Below, in pieces: positions 57,075 to 64,000 of a stretch of 64,000 bases of DNA. Made by a program: the position numbers and the translations under genes. The notes under the pieces were generated by a model that saw only the letters and a list, made by a program, of their open reading frames with translations, did no database searches and was not told where the DNA came from. The stretch is from a virus (Duplodnaviria > Caudoviricetes), in IMG/VR virus record IMGVR_UViG_3300030330_005136, positions 9,133-73,132 of that record; one strand, written 5' to 3'. Each line of letters begins with the position of its first letter. The stretch's first letter is position 1.

Positions 57075-59687
57075 ATGGCAAAACATGATATAGTATTATT
57101 GAATACAACCTCAAGTGGTTTCGAGACTGATCTAGGTAGTAATGTTGCAAGAATAAAGGGAGATGCTGATGATTTATTTCAAGTAAATAACGCATCCGGT
57201 GTAGATAAGTTTGCCGTAAGTTCTACTGAAAACTCGATGATTATCGGTGGTGATCTTACCCTAACGGGTAATCTATCAAGTTCACTAAACTCCACTGCTT
57301 CTTTTGGTAAAATTGTCGCGACAAAGTTTGTTGGTGATGCGACTCAAATGACCAATACAAATCAAACTAGTCATGTATCAAGCTCTAAACAATTAGCTGC
57401 TCGTATATCAGGTGCCTTTACTGCAGGTTTCACAACAACTGGTGATATATCAGGTTCAGTAACTTCAACTGGTTCTTTTACACGAGTGGTTGCTAACACA
57501 TATGTAGGATCAGGTGCTCAATTATTTGATCCCCCTAGTGTTGCTGGTGAAATAAGTGGTTCAGGACAAATAGCAACACAAATCAGTGGTGCTTTTACAA
57601 GTGGATTTACGATCTCAAAAACATCTACAATAAGTGGTTCTGGTACTTCAACAGGTTCTTTTGGTACAATTGTTATAGGACCTACTGTTGGATTACAACA
57701 AACTATCTCTGATACATCAGAATTAACTGGTTTACCAAGTTTTGCTGGTTTTATTTCTTCATCAGCTCAAATTGCTTCTGATATAAGTGGAAGTTTTACC
57801 AGTGGTATGGCGATGAATAATTCGACAATTAGTGGATCAGCTACCTCAACAGCATCTTTTGGAAGAGTAGATGGTATAGTTTCTATCACTGGTGATGCTT
57901 CGCAGGTAAGTGGATTAGCAATCTCAACTAATTCTGTAAGTGGTTCTGCTCAACTTGCTGCTGATATAAGTGGTAGTTTTACCAGTGGATTTGAATTTGA
58001 TAATTCCATCAGTGGTTCAGCTACCTCAACAGGTTCTTTCAGTAGATTGAACTTTAATTCGTTAAGTGTTACCGATGTAAGTGGTATAACTAATCATGAG
58101 GCTGGTCATCTAACAGGTGCAAGTGGTATAGCTGACGACATAAGTGGAAGTTTTACAAGTGGATTTAATTTTGCAGGAACTATAAGTGCTTCTTCTGATT
58201 CTACCCTTAGAGTACAATCACTTGATTTAGGTGGAACTTTTACTTTTGGATCAACTAATCTAGTAAAAAATTGGGACACCTCTCTTGTTAGAACAGCTAC
58301 TTATGGAACTAATTTAGCTTCTGCTATCAGTGGAGCTTTTAATCATGGATTTGGATTTGAAGGAACAATAAGTGGTTCTGCTACTTCAACAGGATCTTTT
58401 AGTAGAATACAATCTCAAGAATTATTTGTAAAGCAAATGGTTGGTGAGAGAAAACCAATCAGTGGTTCTATGAATCATGATAATTACATCAGTGCTTCAC
58501 ATAAAACAGATTCTCATGGAAGGTTAACCATACCAATATTTGGTAGAGGACATACAGTGAACACACAACAGTTCACTGCTACAGGTTCAATGGAAAGTCA
58601 AAAATACAGAGCTAGAGCTGGACAGTTATTCGTAGATAATTTTGGTAGATTAAATATGACGGTACAAACCGGTTCCGAAGTTGCTGTTGCTGGAACTTGG
58701 ACACAAGGTCCAACAACACCTATGAATGTTGGAGGTGGTGGAGCAGCGGCTACTGGTACACCAAATGCGATTATTCAAAGCTCTCCTTTTGCTGTATATT
58801 CGGGTAGTGCGATATATGATGGTATTAGTTGGTTTCAGACATCGGATGTTACTGCTGTTGCTGGAGCTACAAAACAAAATTGTAGTATAGGAACGGTTGA
58901 TGCTGCTCTATTCCTTAGACATAGTGGTGGTTCTACATCAGGTACTAACACAGGTAGGTACGGATCTTTTCCAACTACTCCAGCTCATACAACTTTTCAA
59001 GAAGATTGGGATGGTGTTGGTTGGACTAGAGGTCCTAATAGTGCTGGTACTTTTGTAAAAAGAAACGGTACTTCCGGCAAGGTTGGTTCTGCAAACTCAC
59101 ATATTGCATTTAATGGAGATGATTATCCAACAGCAGCTGGAACTTCTGCTTGGAATGGTGTGACATGGCAAGCAGTAGGTCCTCATACACCCACTGTTAG
59201 AGATGATGGTGGTGGTTTCGGTGGTGTATATGATGGTGTTGTTGCTGGTGGTAAAGCACCTAATAATACTTGTGTGGATGAATGGAATGGAACGAGTTGG
59301 GCAACTGCAACTGCTCTACCAACAGGACAAACTTGTGCGGGTGGTGCAGGACATCAAAATGCTGGAATAATTATGGGTGGAAGTCCTAGCACAGAAGTTC
59401 AAGAATATAATGGAACGACTTGGTCAGAAGGTATTTCCTTACCAGTTGCTATGTCAAATCATGCTACTGGAGGAAGTAATTCTGGTAGGGCTTTTTCTGT
59501 TAATACCAACCATACATATTTTTGGACAGGTGGATTTGTAACAGGTTCAGCAGACACCTATAACAACTTCTCACAGAATCCAACAGGAAGATATTTATTA
59601 ACAAAGAAATTACAATCAAATTATTCACCTGGAACTTCTGGTGGAGTAACCAGTGGTTCATCCGATGGTTATGGTGGTGGATATTAA
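57075..59687 (+). CDS. Tail fibre with C-terminal Kelch-like beta-propeller (870 aa)
   Basis: Repeated ISGS...STGSF shaft units, then YDGISW, WDGVGW, WNGVTW, EWNGTSW, EYNGTTW repeats. Confidence 0.8.
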   Translation: MAKHDIVLLNTTSSGFETDLGSNVARIKGDADDLFQVNNASGVDKFAVSSTENSMIIGGDLTLTGNLSSSLNSTASFGKIVATKFVGDATQMTNTNQTSHVSSSKQLAARISGAFTAGFTTTGDISGSVTSTGSFTRVVANTYVGSGAQLFDPPSVAGEISGSGQIATQISGAFTSGFTISKTSTISGSGTSTGSFGTIVIGPTVGLQQTISDTSELTGLPSFAGFISSSAQIASDISGSFTSGMAMNNSTISGSATSTASFGRVDGIVSITGDASQVSGLAISTNSVSGSAQLAADISGSFTSGFEFDNSISGSATSTGSFSRLNFNSLSVTDVSGITNHEAGHLTGASGIADDISGSFTSGFNFAGTISASSDSTLRVQSLDLGGTFTFGSTNLVKNWDTSLVRTATYGTNLASAISGAFNHGFGFEGTISGSATSTGSFSRIQSQELFVKQMVGERKPISGSMNHDNYISASHKTDSHGRLTIPIFGRGHTVNTQQFTATGSMESQKYRARAGQLFVDNFGRLNMTVQTGSEVAVAGTWTQGPTTPMNVGGGGAAATGTPNAIIQSSPFAVYSGSAIYDGISWFQTSDVTAVAGATKQNCSIGTVDAALFLRHSGGSTSGTNTGRYGSFPTTPAHTTFQEDWDGVGWTRGPNSAGTFVKRNGTSGKVGSANSHIAFNGDDYPTAAGTSAWNGVTWQAVGPHTPTVRDDGGGFGGVYDGVVAGGKAPNNTCVDEWNGTSWATATALPTGQTCAGGAGHQNAGIIMGGSPSTEVQEYNGTTWSEGISLPVAMSNHATGGSNSGRAFSVNTNHTYFWTGGFVTGSADTYNNFSQNPTGRYLLTKKLQSNYSPGTSGGVTSGSSDGYGGGY

Positions 59688-59696
59688 GGATAAGGT

Positions 59697-62600
59697 ATGG
59701 CAACAAGAGATATATTAGTACTGAATACAACTGCCAGTAGGGCTGAAACTCAACAAGGTTCTGATACTGTTGTTATCAGAGGAAATAGTGGAGAAGCTTT
59801 ATCTGTAGAAAACTCAAGTGGTACTTCTATTCTATCAGTAAATACTGTAAGTTCATCAGTAGATGTTGCTGGTAAGATAACTGCTACCACTAATGTTAGT
59901 TCTAGTATAACTTCAACAGGTTCTTTTGGTAGGGTAGAAGCTACGACATTAGTCGGTGATGCTTTTAATCTTACTAATACGGCAATAGATGGAACAATCA
60001 GTAGTTCTGGTCAGATTGCCAATCAAATCAGTGGTGCTTTTAGACAAGGTTTTGAATTTGATGGAACTATTGGTTCAGTTGCTGGTCATACCACAACAGC
60101 ATCATTTGATCGAATAGTAGCTACCGTCTTTTCTGGTTCGGCTGCTAATCTTACCAACACTGCTTTACAAGGAACATTATCTAGTTCAGCTCAAATTGCC
60201 ACTGCTATTAGTGGAGCTTTTACAAGTGGTTTTCAATTTACAGGAACGATTAGTGGATCAGCAACTTCTACTGGTTCCTTTGGTCAAATATTTGCTAAAA
60301 AGGCAGTGGGTAATGTATCAGCGATGACAAACTTAGTTCCTGAAGGAGTAGTCAGTGGTTCAGCACAACTTGCTTCACAAATCACTGCAAGTTATGCAGG
60401 TGGATTTGAATATCAAGGAACGATTAGTGGTTCAGCAACTTCAACTGCTTCACTTGCTAATGTACAAGCAACAACAGTGGTGGGTAATGTAAGTAATTTA
60501 ACAGGTTTGATTCCATCAGGAATAATCAGTAGTTCAATTCAGATTTCTTCTTCCATCAGTGGTTCTTTCAACAAAGGTTTTGAATTTACAGGTAATATAT
60601 CACAAAACACTGGTGTATGGAGTGAAATAAACGCCATGAATAGTGTTAGAAAAGAACATGAAGCTGGTGGTAATGGGGTAAATGCGGCTATCGCCGCTAG
60701 TGGAAATACTCCTGGACAACCCTATGGAAGTCCTCAAACAGAAGAATGGAACGGCACGAATTGGTCAGAAGTAAACGATATGATTGCCGGTATTAGACAA
60801 GGTGCTGGTGGTGGTACAACAGAATCTTTCATAGTGTTTGGTGGAACTCAATTTCCAGCAACTCCTTATTATAATCCAACTGAAGAATATAATGGAACTA
60901 ATTGGTCTGATGGTGCTAACATGATTACTGGTAGATATGATCTCGCTGGTATGGCAGAAAACACAGAAAAAGCCCTTGCCATAGGTCCTACAAAAACCGA
61001 GGAGTATAATGGAAGTGCTTGGACAGAAGTAAATGATTTAATTACAGGTAAGTCTCAAGGCACTGCTTTTGGAGACACCACAGAGACCGCTTATTTTGTA
61101 GGGGCGCCTGGTGGTTCAACTCAATATTGGAATGGAACTAATTGGTCAGAGGTGAATAATACAAATGTACAATCTCTAGCAGGTGGTGGATCACATGGAA
61201 GTGCTAATGACGCTATAATATATGGTGGTATACATTATCCATATAATCCAGGTGCGTTGGTAAGCTGTACTGAAGCATGGGATGGTACTAGTTGGGCTGT
61301 TCGTTCAGGTTTACCAACAGCTATTTCTAGTGTTAGGGGTGCGGGTGACAACGGTAGTACAGGTCAGTTGGGACTTGCAGTTGGTGGTGGTACTCCATCG
61401 ATAACAAACAAAGTTGTTTCTTGGAGTGGTGTTCTTATTACTACAGGTTCATTTGGAAGAGTAGAGGTAACATCAATATCAGGTGATGGTTCTAATCTTA
61501 CTGGTACAGCATTAGCTGGAACAATCAGTAGTTCAGCACAGATTGCTTCTAACATCAGTGGAAGTTTCAACAAAGGATTTACCTTTAGTGGTGACATTAC
61601 ATCAAAAGCTGTTGTATTTTCATCAGGTGGAGATTTAAATTGTGCTCCAGGTGCTGTATCTCCTGCAGGTGATAATTTTGTTGGTGCAACTTATCGTGGA
61701 GCTGCTGGTAATAAAAATGCTGGTTTGGTATTTGGTGGTTTTAGGTTTGTAAATTATAGACCATCTGGCTTTACAGAAGAATACGATGGAACTAGTTGGT
61801 CAGAAGTAAATGACATGATTGATCCTGGAGCTGCTGCTGGTGGTGGAACATCCGAAGCTGCTATTGCTACTGGTGGAAATTACAGAAATTGTGATACAGA
61901 GGAATGGAATGGTACTAATTGGTCAGAGGTAAATCATCATATTAATGATCTACATTGTGCTTATAAACCGCTTTCAATTGGTAACTCTTCCGAAGCTCTT
62001 ATTACAGGTGGTGGTGTACCCACTGCTCCATATGGTCAAACTGAAACATGGAATGGGACAAATTGGGCAACAGCAAATCAAATGATACATGATCCAAGAG
62101 GATGGCATGGTGGAGCTGGAACTCAAAATTCTGGTTTGACTGCAGGTGGTCCTCATTCCCCTTATAATGGTGTATCTTGTACTGAAACATGGGATGGTAC
62201 AAGTTGGTCGGAAGGGAGTTCTGCTCTTATAAATAATATGAAATTAGTATCTATGGCTGGTAGTCAAAATGATACTTTATTAGCTGGTCATGCTCAATCG
62301 ACAAATTGGTCAACTAATATTTTCTCGTATGCAGCTAATGTTTCAGAGTGTAGTATTTGTTGGAATGGTTTAAATTGGGCAACTTCTACTGATTTAGATG
62401 TGAATGGAACAAGTAGAAGACTTGGGATGTCTGCTGCTGGTTCTAATACTGATGTTGCTTTCTTTGCTGGTGGTATAGATATAAACTCACCTCACTCTTT
62501 TGGTTGTACTATAGAAAGTGAAACATTTGTTGCCAGTGCTTCATTCTCACATATAGATGCTGCTAGAATCACTGCTAGTGTTGATGGAATGACGAATATA

Positions 62601-64000
62601 AATCCACCAGAAGGTGCGATATCAGGTTCTGGTCAGATTGCTTCTAATGTAAGTGGAAGTTTTAACAAAGGTTTTGAATTCAATGGTGAGTTAAGATCAC
62701 TAGGGACTTGGACTAATGGTGCAGATTTTACTGGATGTTTTACTTCACTCTATGGTAAATATGGATACAGTGCTATCGGTACACGAGATGCTGCTATCGT
62801 GGCTGGTGCCAGTGGTGCTCATCAAGGTTGGGTTAGTAATACCTATTTTTATAATGGAGTTGCTTGGAGTGATACTGGTAATAATATGATACAAGGGGGT
62901 TCACACAGTGCACATGGAACTGCAAATGCTGGTTTAGCTATAGGACGACATAGTCGCGCTCCAGGAACAGGTTATTTTTATACCTGTACAGAAGAATATA
63001 ATGGAAGTGCTTGGTCAGAAACCACAGATGGACCATATAAATTAAAAGGTATAAATAATCAAAGTGCTGGAACACAAAATGCTGCCCTAGTTGCTGGTGG
63101 TAATTGTGATACAACTGATACTCTTCATGCTATAAAACGACATGCCTTAGCTTGGGATGGTTTGAGTTACTCTCATGTTGGTACTTTAGCAGAAGCAAGA
63201 GACTCAGCTGCTCTTACTGGTACTATGAACGCAGCTCTTGCTCAAGGTGGTGGTTCGGATTCATGTACTCAACATATGAATTCCGACTCAACTTGTACAG
63301 AGGAATGGAATGGTAGTGCTTGGTCAACTGCTGCTGCCTCTAATTTCCCAACTGGTTGTGGTGTTATGGCTTCTGGAAAATCCTCAAATGATTCGATGCA
63401 TGTCTATGATGCCAGTGATGCTTCTCTAAAATCTGATGTTTATAATGGTACAACTTGGAGTTTAGGTCCAAATATGAATGGAACCGGTAGGATTCAAGAT
63501 TTTGGAGCAGCTGGAACAACTGCTAGAAGTTTCTTTATGTCTCGTCTTCGTGCTGATATTGAACATTTTGATGAAAACCATGTTACTTCTTCCATAGGTA
63601 GAGTAGATGCTAATGAATTTTCACTAGAATCCAATACAGATTTAACAGTAAATGAATCCTTACAGATACCTCAGTATGCCACTAACCCACCTATAACAAG
63701 TTCTGCTGGTGAGGTTTGGTACAATACAGATGAAGAAAAACTTTATTTTACATATGATATCAACTCTTGGACTGAGGTTGCAGCTACTAACACAACCCAT
63801 AATTTTGGTGGATACGCCGGTGGTGTAGGTCAAGGTATAGTTTGGGGTGGAGCTGCTCCAAATACCGAAGACAAATCAGAGGTTTGGGATGGAAATACTT
63901 GGACAGAAGTAAATGATTTGAACACGGCAAGAACTTATAGTCCTGGTGGTGGTAGTAGTAATTCTGCTATTGCTGCTGGTGGAAGTAATCCTGCACCATT
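59697..64000 (+). CDS. Large multi-Kelch tail fibre (>1430 aa), 3'-truncated by window end (not in ORF track)
   Basis: ATG at 59697 after an AAGG RBS; MATRDILVLNTT is paralogous to MAKHDIVLLNTT at 57075. The frame was open at all spot-checks (60001, 61201, 62401, 63601, 63961), with many TEE(W/Y)NGT(N/S)WSEVN repeats. Confidence 0.9.
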   Translation, partial: MATRDILVLNTTASRAETQQGSDTVVIRGNSGEALSVENSSGTSILSVNTVSSSVDVAGKITATTNVSSSITSTGSFGRVEATTLVGDAFNLTNTAIDGTISSSGQIANQISGAFRQGFEFDGTIGSVAGHTTTASFDRIVATVFSGSAANLTNTALQGTLSSSAQIATAISGAFTSGFQFTGTISGSATSTGSFGQIFAKKAVGNVSAMTNLVPEGVVSGSAQLASQITASYAGGFEYQGTISGSATSTASLANVQATTVVGNVSNLTGLIPSGIISSSIQISSSISGSFNKGFEFTGNISQNTGVWSEINAMNSVRKEHEAGGNGVNAAIAASGNTPGQPYGSPQTEEWNGTNWSEVNDMIAGIRQGAGGGTTESFIVFGGTQFPATPYYNPTEEYNGTNWSDGANMITGRYDLAGMAENTEKALAIGPTKTEEYNGSAWTEVNDLITGKSQGTAFGDTTETAYFVGAPGGSTQYWNGTNWSEVNNTNVQSLAGGGSHGSANDAIIYGGIHYPYNPGALVSCTEAWDGTSWAVRSGLPTAISSVRGAGDNGSTGQLGLAVGGGTPSITNKVVSWSGVLITTGSFGRVEVTSISGDGSNLTGTALAGTISSSAQIASNISGSFNKGFTFSGDITSKAVVFSSGGDLNCAPGAVSPAGDNFVGATYRGAAGNKNAGLVFGGFRFVNYRPSGFTEEYDGTSWSEVNDMIDPGAAAGGGTSEAAIATGGNYRNCDTEEWNGTNWSEVNHHINDLHCAYKPLSIGNSSEALITGGGVPTAPYGQTETWNGTNWATANQMIHDPRGWHGGAGTQNSGLTAGGPHSPYNGVSCTETWDGTSWSEGSSALINNMKLVSMAGSQNDTLLAGHAQSTNWSTNIFSYAANVSECSICWNGLNWATSTDLDVNGTSRRLGMSAAGSNTDVAFFAGGIDINSPHSFGCTIESETFVASASFSHIDAARITASVDGMTNINPPEGAISGSGQIASNVSGSFNKGFEFNGELRSLGTWTNGADFTGCFTSLYGKYGYSAIGTRDAAIVAGASGAHQGWVSNTYFYNGVAWSDTGNNMIQGGSHSAHGTANAGLAIGRHSRAPGTGYFYTCTEEYNGSAWSETTDGPYKLKGINNQSAGTQNAALVAGGNCDTTDTLHAIKRHALAWDGLSYSHVGTLAEARDSAALTGTMNAALAQGGGSDSCTQHMNSDSTCTEEWNGSAWSTAAASNFPTGCGVMASGKSSNDSMHVYDASDASLKSDVYNGTTWSLGPNMNGTGRIQDFGAAGTTARSFFMSRLRADIEHFDENHVTSSIGRVDANEFSLESNTDLTVNESLQIPQYATNPPITSSAGEVWYNTDEEKLYFTYDINSWTEVAATNTTHNFGGYAGGVGQGIVWGGAAPNTEDKSEVWDGNTWTEVNDLNTARTYSPGGGSSNSAIAAGGSNPAP

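Noticed and set aside
90-62202. The many minus-strand and short alternate-frame ORFs in the ORF track
   Set aside because: They lie wholly inside long, motif-bearing + strand genes, lack RBSs and have the composition of antisense shadows (for example Pro/Leu/Ile-rich from Gly/Ser/Thr codons).
1-64000. Stop-codon reassignment (as in Lak or crAss-like phages)
   Set aside because: Genes up to 9 kb are intact in the standard code, coding density is near complete, and TAA, TAG and TGA all terminate genes.
37807-64000. Diversity-generating retroelement acting on fibre tips
   Set aside because: No reverse transcriptase is present, and the repeat pairs I compared differ mainly at synonymous positions rather than specifically at adenines.

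Overview
This is a 64-kb fragment of a large, AT-rich, T4-related (contractile-tailed) bacteriophage genome. All credible genes lie on the + strand and use the standard code. From left to right: (1) an early-type region of small, mostly acidic ORFs behind sigma70-like promoters (1-3170); (2) a phage sigma factor (gp55-like) followed by a baseplate/tail module with gp5-like, gp25-like and gp6-like genes and very large accessory structural proteins (3130-30440); (3) an inserted block with two holin-like membrane proteins, a three-gene type IV pilin / GspG-like pseudopilin cassette behind a sigma54-like promoter, an HExxH protein, a RuvC-like resolvase, a primase and a single-chain Mre11-Rad50 (SbcD-SbcC) fusion (30491-37762); (4) more than 26 kb of paralogous tail-fibre/adhesin genes, including a 3007-aa fibre with a peptidase-S74-type chaperone and a Kelch-repeat fibre that runs off the window end and is absent from the supplied ORF track. 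The most striking element is the phage-encoded pilin operon, which has its own regulatory region but no assembly machinery in the window. Also notable are a blue-copper-like and a HiPIP-like metal site in baseplate-module proteins, and a candidate late promoter (TATATTTATA) that is the reverse complement of the T4 late promoter. I saw no capsid, portal, tRNA, CRISPR array or integrase. All family assignments are by eye from motifs, with no database search.
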